Shown: positions 46,431 to 55,787 of the stretch, piece by piece
How positions within the stretch are numbered: the first letter of the stretch is position 1
Layout of the letters: every line of letters begins with the position of its first letter
From: Bacteroidota bacterium
Lineage (GTDB): Bacteria > Bacteroidota > Bacteroidia > Bacteroidales > B39-G9
Direction: 5' to 3'
Assembly: GCA_015222055.1 (NCBI GenBank)
Contig: JADFUR010000045.1
Location: 6,860-70,859, forward strand
Length of the DNA stretch: 64,000 bases
The notes under the pieces: generated by a model
The model's input: the letters and a program-made list of their open reading frames with translations, nothing else
Told to the model about the DNA's origin: nothing
Database searches by the model: none
Position numbers and translations under genes: made by a program

Positions 46431-47062
46431 TTCGTTTTTTTATAATGATATGTGATTTTTTTATTCCTGCCAAAAGTTTGGTCTGTGGTTGATTTTATTC
46501 GTTTCCCATGTTTTAATGTCAATCCGCAATTTATACATTTTAAAGAATACTCATTTATGTATTCCCCACAAGCAGGGCATTTATTGGGGTTGTTTATCCA
46601 TTCTTGTTGTTCTTTTGAATAATCACTGTTGTTTTCAGGAAATAAAGAAAAATATGAAGCTTTAATTAATTTTCGTAATTCATTACTGATAAAAAAAATA
46701 TTTACAGAATAAAAAATTATCAAAAATATTATTGAGAACTTTATTAAAGAGTACACGCTAAAATTAGAGGCAAATAAAGAAAATATTATTACAAATAATG
46801 ATATTTCAAACACCGGAATTAATGAAAATTCATATTCAATTTTTAGACGTTCTTTATCATTAATAATTTTAAAATTTGCCGAATACTTAAAATGTAATAT
46901 TGATTTTTTTAAATTAAAATGAATTGTGTTTTCTGTAAATTTAAAATTTGTGGCACCGGCTAATTTTAAATTTTTTATTAAAGAACTGTTTATTGCGTCA
47001 ATATTTTTGCTGTCTGAATAATCAAAACAAATATTGTTTTTATATGTCTGTGGAAATGACAT
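46427..47062 (-). CDS. Membrane protein with C-terminal zinc-ribbon
   Basis: Two central TM segments. CPACGEYINEYSLKCINCG. Its TGA overlaps the ATG of the downstream amidohydrolase (ATGA). Confidence 0.6.
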   Translation of the reverse strand: MSFPQTYKNNICFDYSDSKNIDAINSSLIKNLKLAGATNFKFTENTIHFNLKKSILHFKYSANFKIINDKERLKIEYEFSLIPVFEISLFVIIFSLFASNFSVYSLIKFSIIFLIIFYSVNIFFISNELRKLIKASYFSLFPENNSDYSKEQQEWINNPNKCPACGEYINEYSLKCINCGLTLKHGKRIKSTTDQTFGRNKKITYHYKKTK

Positions 47063-47124
47063 TTTTTATATTTAGCAATTATTTAGTGTCTGTCCATAAA
47101 GTCAGTGTTTGTTCTATAATGTGT

Positions 47125-47772
47125 TTATTCGTCATCAAACACATGATTAATTGAGCAGCTTACTAATTCAAAAACAATAACCGGCTCAATAATTTCACGA
47201 GAAATGTTAATGTCTCTTCTTATGAGACCAATATTTTTTGCATAATATTCTTTAGAACGCCAGTGTTTTTCACCCTCTGAGCTTGAATATTCAATTACCA
47301 CAATAACAGGATTATAAGAGTTTATTTTATTGCTTGTTGAAGGATATTGGTTAATTTTTACAGTGTCGTTAATGGCAATAACTTTTCTTATTATTTCTTC
47401 GTTGTTCCAATCTTTAACAACCCAAGTATCATTTAATTTTTCAGATAACAATTGCTTTAACGGATGGGTAACTGAATTTTGTGTAATCCCATATTCGTAA
47501 ACATACTGTTGTCCCATTTTGGGTACATATGCTTCTTCTGAAAAATCAGGACCAACCACACCTTGCTGGTACGAATGTAAGCAATAATCAGGCTCAACAG
47601 TTCTTGTTTCACCATCAGTATAAACCCAATAAGAACCAGGATAAGCCGGGAAATAACTTTTAGGAGAAATAACAGAAGGATCGTTTTCTTTTTGGCAAGA
47701 AAAAGATATTACTAAAATAAATAATAATATTAATTCTTTAATCCAATACGAATATGAAGTTTTTCTTTTCAT
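47125..47772 (-). CDS. Hypothetical lipoprotein
   Basis: Signal peptide plus lipobox ISFSC|Q. No family recognised. Confidence 0.6.
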   Translation of the reverse strand: MKRKTSYSYWIKELILLFILVISFSCQKENDPSVISPKSYFPAYPGSYWVYTDGETRTVEPDYCLHSYQQGVVGPDFSEEAYVPKMGQQYVYEYGITQNSVTHPLKQLLSEKLNDTWVVKDWNNEEIIRKVIAINDTVKINQYPSTSNKINSYNPVIVVIEYSSSEGEKHWRSKEYYAKNIGLIRRDINISREIIEPVIVFELVSCSINHVFDDE

Positions 47773-47827
47773 TTTTTTATTTTAAAAATCTGCATTTATA
47801 ATTTCCCTCCTCACTCTAAAATAAATA

Positions 47828-48628
47828 TTAGATCTTTTCCTTTACTTGATACTTTTTGTTTAAAACAAAAAACATCACCACTCCAATAATTATAAACGGA
47901 ATACTTAACCACTGTCCCATATCAAGAGTCATATGATTTTCGAAATTCACCTGAACAGCTTTTAAAAATTCAATAAAAAATCGGGCTAAAAATAAAACAA
48001 CTAAAAATATGCTAAAAATCAACCCTTGTTTTTTCGAGATATCTGTTTTTACAAAAAGCCTGTATAAAACAACAAATAATAATAAATATGATAATGCTTC
48101 ATAAATTTGAGCAGGGTGTCGTGGAATATTGTCAATTCTTTCAAAAATAAATGCCCATGCAACAGTTGTGGGATTTCCAATAATTTCCGAGTTCATTAAA
48201 TTTCCTGTTCTAATAAGAAATCCAGCTAAAGCAACAACAATAACAACCCTGTCCATTGTCCATAAAAATGGTTTGTGAACTTTTCTTGAAAATAAATACA
48301 ATGCAATAAGAATACCTATTGCAGCTCCGTGGCTTGCCAATCCTCCGTGCCAAATTTTAATTATTTCGAAAGGATTATTAAGATAATAGCTAGGCTCATA
48401 AAATAAACAATGACCCAAACGAGCACCTATAACTGTTCCTAAAAACATATAAAACGTTAGTTTATCAAGTAGCTCTATTGGCAATTTTTCTTTTTTGAAA
48501 AACTTTTGCATTATCACATAACCGAAAAAAAACGACATTGCAAACAACAAGCCATACCATCGAATAGACAAACTGCCAATATGAAAAATTTCAGGATTTA
48601 CATTCCATGTAATATAATTAAGTAACAT
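47828..48628 (-). CDS. lgt: Prolipoprotein diacylglyceryl transferase
   Basis: SIRWYGLLFA..GARLGHC..WHGGLASHG..HPAQIYE motifs. Confidence 0.9.
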   Translation of the reverse strand: MLLNYITWNVNPEIFHIGSLSIRWYGLLFAMSFFFGYVIMQKFFKKEKLPIELLDKLTFYMFLGTVIGARLGHCLFYEPSYYLNNPFEIIKIWHGGLASHGAAIGILIALYLFSRKVHKPFLWTMDRVVIVVALAGFLIRTGNLMNSEIIGNPTTVAWAFIFERIDNIPRHPAQIYEALSYLLLFVVLYRLFVKTDISKKQGLIFSIFLVVLFLARFFIEFLKAVQVNFENHMTLDMGQWLSIPFIIIGVVMFFVLNKKYQVKEKI

Positions 48629-48956
48629 TTTATCAATTTTTAAATATGAGAATCACAATAGATATTAAACTTCAAAAATAAGAAGATTATTTTATAGAAC
48701 ACAAATTTTTTATGTTTTATTGTATTTATAACAGACCATTAATTATTTAAGTCTATTTCCTGTTAAGCAAGAATTTTATAATTACATTTATCTTAAAATT
48801 TATATGTTTTTTGTTTTACATTCTTTTCAAAACCGATTCTAACAAAATTTAATAAACCCCCAACATAAAATTTGTTTTTTTTGTTTAAAAAAAAATTAGT
48901 AAATTACAGCAAATTAAATAATTAATATATTAAATAATTTTTTAAATCTTCGTTAC

Positions 48957-49802
48957 ATGAAAACATCTATGATTTTTAAATTTAGTTCAAGGGTAAGTTT
49001 ATTAACCTTAGTTATTGCCTTTGCTTTTGTTGCTTGCAATAATGTTGATCACAAAAAGAACAAAAAACATTCTGATAACATTACTGAAGAAACTATTGAG
49101 CAAACCAAAAATGTTGTAAAATTAGGAGACCAAAAATATCCTTTACCAACAGCTTTTGAATTAACCAAATTGCTTAACAATGCAGGAGCAAGTTATATTT
49201 TTGATATTTCAAACAAACTTGAAAACGCCGACAAATATTTTACTGAAAAAGAAAAGGCTCTTAATCTTGGAATTTATGGTGCAGACCTTAGTTATGCAAG
49301 TACTTATTGCAAAAAGCAAGAGACAATGTTGTTAATAAATGTTTCTAAAAAACTTGTTGATGACTTAAATATCAGTTCTGCTTTTAATAAAACGCTAATC
49401 AAAAAAATTGAAAAAAACATTGACAATAAAGATACTTTAATTGCAATAATTACAGAATCTTTCTACGACAGTTACAACTTTCTTACAAAAAACGGAAAAG
49501 ATAACATTTCAGTATTAATTATGACAGGAAGTTGGATTGAGGGTATTCATATTGCCACACAGGTTACATCTTTATCAAAAGACAAAACTGAATTGAAAAA
49601 AATTATTGCTCAACAAGGAGTTACTTTAGACGAGCTTATTAGCATTATGAAACAATATAATAATGATAAAAAAATTGCAGAATTGGAAACAAAATTAAAA
49701 GAACTTAAAGAAATATTAACAACAGAGCAAGAGACCCTTTCTGACGAGCAATTAAACAATCTATCTAAAAAAATTGAAAAAATAAGAAATAGTATTATTT
49801 AA
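48957..49802 (+). CDS. Hypothetical lipoprotein, helical
   Basis: Lipobox AFVAC|N. The C-terminal coiled-coil-like region is rich in K, E and L. Confidence 0.6.
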   Translation: MKTSMIFKFSSRVSLLTLVIAFAFVACNNVDHKKNKKHSDNITEETIEQTKNVVKLGDQKYPLPTAFELTKLLNNAGASYIFDISNKLENADKYFTEKEKALNLGIYGADLSYASTYCKKQETMLLINVSKKLVDDLNISSAFNKTLIKKIEKNIDNKDTLIAIITESFYDSYNFLTKNGKDNISVLIMTGSWIEGIHIATQVTSLSKDKTELKKIIAQQGVTLDELISIMKQYNNDKKIAELETKLKELKEILTTEQETLSDEQLNNLSKKIEKIRNSII

Positions 49803-49822
49803 TTATACATATACGAATTTAC

Positions 49823-49856
49823 ATTTAAATGCCCGCTTTTTAGTGGGCATTTAAAT
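49823..49856 (+). terminator. 12-bp-stem hairpin after the lipoprotein gene
   Basis: ATTTAAATGCCC(49823-49834)/GGGCATTTAAAT(49845-49856). No T-run follows, so function is uncertain. Confidence 0.4.
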
Positions 49857-49870
49857 ATAAAACTTTGTAG

Positions 49871-52800
49871 ATGAATGAGCCTGTACTAAACGCATTAATG
49901 CACTTATTTGCAATAGTTGCTAATGTAAACGGACCTAAAGTTTCTGACATTGGTCGTAGTATTGTCGAATCTTTTTTAAGAGAAAATATCCCGCACATAA
50001 AAATTGAAAACTATCTCCAATTATTTGATGGATATATAGCTAAATGTCACGAAAACAAAGTTCAATCTAAATCCATTTTAGAAAACCATGAAGAATTAAA
50101 AAATTTATGTGTTCAATTAACTTGCGGTCTTCACAAAAACAAAAGGGTAATAATTTATCTTCGATTATTAGAGTTTGTTAACGAAGACAATATTGTAAGT
50201 CCCGATGAAATTGAAATATTATCAGTAATCTCTCTGGCGTTCAATATAGATAAAACCGAAAAAAAAAATTGTGAGGCTTTTATTCTCAACAAAAACATTG
50301 AACCTCTTGAAAGAAAGAGGCTTCTTATTATTGAAAGAAAAAAACAAGACAAACCGTCCAAAACAAACCCTTTTAATCTTGAAAAAAAAACATCGCAATC
50401 TGACACCAAAACAAAAAGACTATATATTGAAAATTTTGAAGGACGAATAAATGTTTTATTCTTAAAAAGTATAAATTTATTTATAATAAAATATTTTGGG
50501 GCAGATTTCCTATCTCTTAAAGGCAAAAACATCTTGCCCGGCAAATTTTATATTTTAGACAATGGCTCCGTAATAAAAGGACAAAACATAAAACCTTTAT
50601 ACTACAATGACATTACGGTAAAATTTTTTAAAGAAGAAACAAAAACTCAAATTGTTCTTACCGGAGAAGAAATTGAATTCAAATTTTTTAACAGTGATAA
50701 CGGTATTAAACCATTTTCTTTTTCTGAGGAATCCGGTCAGTTAATTAGTATAATGGGGGGGAGTGGAGTTGGGAAATCGACCCTGCTCAATGTTCTAAAT
50801 GGAAGATTACCATTAAAAAAAGGCAAAATTGATATTAACGGCTTTGATATTCACAAAAACAAAATGTTGATAAACGGCGTTATTGGATATGTTCCCCAAG
50901 ACGACTTACTATTTAACGAACTAACCGTTTATCAAAATTTATATTATAATGCTAAATTGTGTTTTGGCAAATCTTCCGAAAAAAAAATAAATGAAATTGT
51001 AAAAAACATACTCCACGATTTACAATTAACAGACATTAAAAATTTTACAGTAGGAAATCCATTAAAAAAAATTATTAGTGGAGGACAAAGAAAAAGAATA
51101 AATATTGCTCTTGAGTTAATGAGAGAACCATCTATTCTATTTATTGATGAGCCCACATCCGGCTTGTCGTCAAGGGATTCCGAAATTGTAATAACTCTTT
51201 TAAAACAGCTTGCATTAAAAGGAAAACTAATATTCGCAAATATTCATCAGCCATCATCAGCTATTTTTAAACTTTTTGACAAACTCTGGTTACTTGACAA
51301 AGGTGGATATGTAATATATTCAGGCAATCCTATCGAAGCATTAGAATATTTTAAAACCATAAGTACAAATATTGATGCTTTAGAATCGGAATGTCCTTCA
51401 TGTGGAAACGTCAATGTTGAACAAATATTACAAATTATTGAATATCACACTATTGACGAAACTGGTAAATATTCTTTTGAGCGAAAGATACAACCAGAAG
51501 AATGGTATAATCATTACTGTAAAAATTTTGGGCCCAGTTTTATACGAAAAAATTCCGAAAAAAAACTTCCCGCTAATAATTTTAAAATACCTGATAGAAA
51601 AAATCAATTTAAAATATTTAGCATTAGAAATTTGTGTACGAAATTAACTAACACACAATATTTATTTATAAATTTTCTTGAAGCTCCTGTGCTAGCTTTT
51701 ATTCTGGCATATTTTACAAAATATGTAAGTGTTAACGATTATGTTTTTTCTGACAATAAAAACATTCCGGCTTATCTGTTTATGAGTATTATTGTTTCCC
51801 TATTTATTGGGCTTACCGTTAGTTCTGAAGAAATTATTAAAGATAGAAAAATATTAGAACGGGAATCTTTTCTCAACTTAAGTTGGTTCAGCTATATAAA
51901 TTCTAAAATTATATTTTTATTTGTTGTCTCAGCTATACAAACATTAACTTTTGTGCTTGTTGGCAACTCCATTCTAGAAATAAAAGGGATGCTATTCCCT
52001 TACTGGTTAATTTTATTCAGTACTTCATGCTTTGCAAATTTGCTTGGTTTAAACATTTCTTCGGGATTAGATTCTGTAATTAATATTTATATTCTCGTTC
52101 CATTCATTCTTATTCCACAAATAATGATGAGTGGTGTGATAGTTCACTTTGACGATTTACATAAAAGTCTTACAAAAAGAATTTATGTCCCCTTGGTTGG
52201 CGATGTAATGACCTCTCGCTGGGCATACGAGGCAATAGCTGTTAAACAATTTAAAGACAATAAATATGAAAAAATATTTTACGAATATGAAAAAGAAATA
52301 AGTGATGCTACTTATCTGGCAACTTTTTTAATACCTCAATTACAATCGAAGGTTGAAGAATGCGACAGGAACATTCAATTCTTACACAACAAAAATTTAT
52401 TAACAAAAAATCTCAGTCTAATAAAAAATGAAATTCTAAAACTTGAAAAAAGGTACGATATTCTTCCTTATGAATATGTCGATTATCTTGTAGAATCTCG
52501 TTTTGACGAAAGAATTGCTGAAGAAACATTTGATTACTTAGAGTTTATTAAAATTAACAGTAATGAAAAATCAAAAGCAGCATCTTCGGCAAAAGACAAT
52601 AGATATCTTTATTTGGCAGATTCCCTTGGCAAAGAAAATATTTATCAACTAATGCATGATTATTACAATAAAGATCTCGCCGAAATGGTTCTAAATAAAA
52701 GAGAAGTATTAAAAATTTATGAAACAGAAAACCGTTTCGTTCAAAAAAAAGACCCAATATTTATGTTCCCGGAATCAAATTTTGGTCGTGCTCATTTTTT

Positions 52801-52951
52801 TTCTCCCGTTAAAATAATTCAAGGGCAAACAATAGACACTTTTTGGTTTAATCTATTAATAATCTGGGTTTTTTCATCTATTCTCTACCTTACATTGTTA
52901 ACCGATGCCTTGCGGAAATTAATAAATTATTCTAAATCTTATAATTATTAA
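49871..52951 (+). CDS. Fused ABC transporter (ABCG/White-like ATPase plus ABC-2 membrane domain) with ~280-aa N-terminal and ~230-aa C-terminal extensions
   Basis: Walker A GGSGVGKST, signature ISGGQRKR, Walker B ILFIDEPTSGLS, and the ABCG-typical H-loop NIHQPS. About 6 TM segments follow, plus one terminal TM. Confidence 0.85.
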   Translation: MNEPVLNALMHLFAIVANVNGPKVSDIGRSIVESFLRENIPHIKIENYLQLFDGYIAKCHENKVQSKSILENHEELKNLCVQLTCGLHKNKRVIIYLRLLEFVNEDNIVSPDEIEILSVISLAFNIDKTEKKNCEAFILNKNIEPLERKRLLIIERKKQDKPSKTNPFNLEKKTSQSDTKTKRLYIENFEGRINVLFLKSINLFIIKYFGADFLSLKGKNILPGKFYILDNGSVIKGQNIKPLYYNDITVKFFKEETKTQIVLTGEEIEFKFFNSDNGIKPFSFSEESGQLISIMGGSGVGKSTLLNVLNGRLPLKKGKIDINGFDIHKNKMLINGVIGYVPQDDLLFNELTVYQNLYYNAKLCFGKSSEKKINEIVKNILHDLQLTDIKNFTVGNPLKKIISGGQRKRINIALELMREPSILFIDEPTSGLSSRDSEIVITLLKQLALKGKLIFANIHQPSSAIFKLFDKLWLLDKGGYVIYSGNPIEALEYFKTISTNIDALESECPSCGNVNVEQILQIIEYHTIDETGKYSFERKIQPEEWYNHYCKNFGPSFIRKNSEKKLPANNFKIPDRKNQFKIFSIRNLCTKLTNTQYLFINFLEAPVLAFILAYFTKYVSVNDYVFSDNKNIPAYLFMSIIVSLFIGLTVSSEEIIKDRKILERESFLNLSWFSYINSKIIFLFVVSAIQTLTFVLVGNSILEIKGMLFPYWLILFSTSCFANLLGLNISSGLDSVINIYILVPFILIPQIMMSGVIVHFDDLHKSLTKRIYVPLVGDVMTSRWAYEAIAVKQFKDNKYEKIFYEYEKEISDATYLATFLIPQLQSKVEECDRNIQFLHNKNLLTKNLSLIKNEILKLEKRYDILPYEYVDYLVESRFDERIAEETFDYLEFIKINSNEKSKAASSAKDNRYLYLADSLGKENIYQLMHDYYNKDLAEMVLNKREVLKIYETENRFVQKKDPIFMFPESNFGRAHFFSPVKIIQGQTIDTFWFNLLIIWVFSSILYLTLLTDALRKLINYSKSYNY

Positions 52952-53009
52952 TTAATTTGTGTGCCACAATTATTGTATTTTAGCAAAAATTGGAATAATC
53001 AATCTACCC

Positions 53010-53441
53010 ATGATAAAACATATAAATTTATTGAGCATAATTTTTTTAATCACCCTGATTACTTCATGTAATGATAATAATTTGCCTGAAAATGACAAGC
53101 TGTTGGGAACGTGGACACGCGTAGGCGATAATTATGCCCGTATGAAAATTTCTGTAAAAAAAGAAAACAATAATTGTGTTGGCAGAATAGTATTTTTACC
53201 TACAATGGCACAAAAAAATGGCTTTGTTTTTAATGATCTTAAATGGAAAAATATAAATAAAATCAATAATAATAAATACTCTTTATCAGATTTTGATATT
53301 ATTGTAAACACATTTGGCGATAGGGTTGTCGAAAAATACAACAAGAGCTTTATCTATTTTATGTCAAAAAATGAAATAAAACTAGAATTTAAAAACAACA
53401 AAAAAAGAATGCAATATTGGGTTAAAAATCAAAATTATTAA
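53010..53441 (+). CDS. Small hypothetical lipoprotein
   Basis: MIKHINLLSIIFLITLITSC|N lipobox. Start moved from the track ORF start at 52959. Confidence 0.6.
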   Translation: MIKHINLLSIIFLITLITSCNDNNLPENDKLLGTWTRVGDNYARMKISVKKENNNCVGRIVFLPTMAQKNGFVFNDLKWKNINKINNNKYSLSDFDIIVNTFGDRVVEKYNKSFIYFMSKNEIKLEFKNNKKRMQYWVKNQNY

Positions 53442-53442
53442 A

Positions 53443-54660
53443 ATGAATAAAACAAAAACCACATTAATTGATTTAATCTTATATAGTTTGCTTTTAACTG
53501 CAACTCCTTTTATTATGTTGCAAAACTATCTGCAATTGTCAATTGCATATTTTTCGAGATTAAGTTTTTCAATCAATAATTTTAGTGTCCCTTATATTTT
53601 GGTAATTGCTTTTGCTTTATTAATTTTTGTGTTTCTCAAATTTCGAAAAACATTAAATAAAAAAACTTTTTACACTCTCCTATTCGTTATTTTTTTAATC
53701 TTTATTGGACATAGTGTTTCCGATTTTTATTTAAACATGAAATTTTACGACCTGCAACAAAATTGGCATTATATTGCTTATAGCATTTTTTCTTTTTTGA
53801 TGTATCGGTATTGTAAAACAAAAAACATTTCTCCAAATAAAATCATTTTAAAAACATTGCTTATTGCTGTCTCATTATCAACTTTCGATGAGGTTTTTCA
53901 ATTATTTCTTTCATCGCGAACCTTTGATATTTCAGATATTGCTAAAGATTTTTGGGGTGCGATAATCGGTGTGATTTTTGTGTTTTTTATTATCGAAAAA
54001 AACATTGTTTTAAAAACAAATTCACAAATTCAACACAAAAAATTCAACGATTATATTAAAAATCCTTTCTCTGTTATTTTTTATTCATTAATACTATCGT
54101 TTTTCTTTCTTATCATATCGCCATTACTGACCGACATAAAATATTGCATTATTACCATTCTAATAACTCTTTTTCTCTTTAGCATTATTTTTTTCGCAAT
54201 TCATTATTTTCAATATAAAACATTCAGGCGTTTCTTTACAATTTTTTTCATAATTGCGGTAATAAGTCAAATAGCCTTTATTCTAAAATATAAAAACAAA
54301 AATATTGTTTATAATGCAAATGGTATAACTGTTTATAAAGGACTTGTTATTCCTTATTTTGATGTTTTAATAAAACCTTCGGGCTGCTATCGATTGGTTG
54401 ACAAAAAACAAATATTTACTCAAACAGATATTTCCACTATTCTTAAATATTCACCCGATATTATTTTAATTGGAAGAGGCATACACGGAAGAGGCGGTGA
54501 AGGCTTTCCTGCTCCTTACGAAGTGCAATTTTTATTCAACTCAAAATTAAAAAGCATGGTTCAGGTCATTAATCTGAAAAATGAACAAGCTTGTGCTGAA
54601 TATAATAAGCTGAAAGCCGAAGGAAAAAATGTTGTTTTTATAATTCATAATACTGACTAA
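53443..54660 (+). CDS. VanZ-like membrane domain fused to a C-terminal Mth938-like (DUF498) domain
   Basis: FDEVFQLFLSSRTFDISDIAKDFWGAIIGV (VanZ motif). C-terminus ..SPDIILIGRG..VQVINLKNEQACAEYNKLKAEGKNVVFIIH resembles Mth938/NDUFAF3-type domains. Confidence 0.6.
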   Translation: MNKTKTTLIDLILYSLLLTATPFIMLQNYLQLSIAYFSRLSFSINNFSVPYILVIAFALLIFVFLKFRKTLNKKTFYTLLFVIFLIFIGHSVSDFYLNMKFYDLQQNWHYIAYSIFSFLMYRYCKTKNISPNKIILKTLLIAVSLSTFDEVFQLFLSSRTFDISDIAKDFWGAIIGVIFVFFIIEKNIVLKTNSQIQHKKFNDYIKNPFSVIFYSLILSFFFLIISPLLTDIKYCIITILITLFLFSIIFFAIHYFQYKTFRRFFTIFFIIAVISQIAFILKYKNKNIVYNANGITVYKGLVIPYFDVLIKPSGCYRLVDKKQIFTQTDISTILKYSPDIILIGRGIHGRGGEGFPAPYEVQFLFNSKLKSMVQVINLKNEQACAEYNKLKAEGKNVVFIIHNTD

Positions 54661-54699
54661 AAAATGGAGTTTGTGTAATTTTAATGTGGGTGAAGTAAC

Positions 54700-54790
54700 G
54701 GGGAAAGGCTAAAGGGGAAAGGCTAAAGGCTAAAGGCTAAAGGGGAAAGGGGAAAGGCTAAGGTTAAAAGGGGAAAGAGGAAAGTTAAAA
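54700..54790 (+). repeat. Tandem array of 13 heptamers (GGGGAAA / GGCTAAA and variants)
   Basis: Reads GGGGAAA GGCTAAA GGGGAAA GGCTAAA GGCTAAA GGCTAAA GGGGAAA GGGGAAA GGCTAAG GTTAAAA GGGGAAA GAGGAAA GTTAAAA. Ends 10 nt before the ATG at 54801. Confidence 0.9.
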
Positions 54791-54800
54791 AAAAGAAAAG

Positions 54801-55658
54801 ATGCAAAAAAACAAAAAAAATATTTTCACATACATCATTGTTGGATTTTGGATATTGCTTATTTTTTTTGGGGTAATAGCAAAAACCAATCCCGAACTTG
54901 TTTCTAAAATACCTAGGCAAAAACAAAACCAGATAAGTGAAACAATCACAATAGCCGATATCGATATTTTAAACAAAAAATATGACGATGCTACAAAAAA
55001 ATATATGGGCATTTTAAAAACTAACCCTAATAATGTTGGAGCTTTAATAAAACTCAGCACATTATATCAAAATATTGGCTTTGCCGACAAGTCGATTAGT
55101 CTATTAAACAATAGTTTAAAAAACACAGAATTCCCATATCTCATTTATCAAGAACTTGCACATATTTACTCTGTAAATAAAAATTCAAACAAAGCAATAT
55201 ACTACTACAACAAATCTTTAGAAACAGACCCTTTTGCTATTAATACCTGTTTAGATTTATCTCAATTATATAAAGACAGTCAACAATGGGATAAGCTTAT
55301 TTCAATATTACAAAATGCAGCAAAAAAGAGAACAAACCCGGGCTATTTTTATAGCGGTGCATTAAAACAAAGCTTGTTCACATACAGAAACGATGAAGAG
55401 TTACAACATATTATTCAATTCAAAATTAACGAAAGAATTGATAAAAAAAAGCTTCGCAAATTTGATATAAATATTTTTTACGACTGTCTGAAAAACGATA
55501 AAGAGCTTGCCATAATTTTTAATAAAATTGCTTTTGGATATGCGGCGATGAATAACAATAACGAAGCAATTTCATATTTTAAAAAAGCGTTGCAAGTGTG
55601 GCCTGATTATATGGAGGCTAAGTACAATTTAGAATATTTGCAAGCACAGATAAAATAA
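54801..55658 (+). CDS. Membrane-anchored TPR-repeat protein
   Basis: N-terminal TM IIVGFWILLIFFGVI. Several TPR-like units (..AISYFKKALQVWPDYMEAKYNL). Confidence 0.75.
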   Translation: MQKNKKNIFTYIIVGFWILLIFFGVIAKTNPELVSKIPRQKQNQISETITIADIDILNKKYDDATKKYMGILKTNPNNVGALIKLSTLYQNIGFADKSISLLNNSLKNTEFPYLIYQELAHIYSVNKNSNKAIYYYNKSLETDPFAINTCLDLSQLYKDSQQWDKLISILQNAAKKRTNPGYFYSGALKQSLFTYRNDEELQHIIQFKINERIDKKKLRKFDINIFYDCLKNDKELAIIFNKIAFGYAAMNNNNEAISYFKKALQVWPDYMEAKYNLEYLQAQIK

Positions 55659-55787
55659 TTTCACTGAAAAAATTTATTACACGAATTCTGCAATTCACTA
55701 CATTTTCCCGACAGTTCAATACAAATCATTTTTTATATTAAATGATAATCTACAATTTTGTTTGCATATTAATTAAACAAAAACATT

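Noticed and set aside
54700-54790. Possible CRISPR array or coding repeat
   Set aside because: The units are contiguous 7-mers without spacers, far too short for CRISPR repeats. The only ORFs over it (54723-54926 and 54785-55060, minus strand) are low-complexity shadows overlapping the TPR gene.
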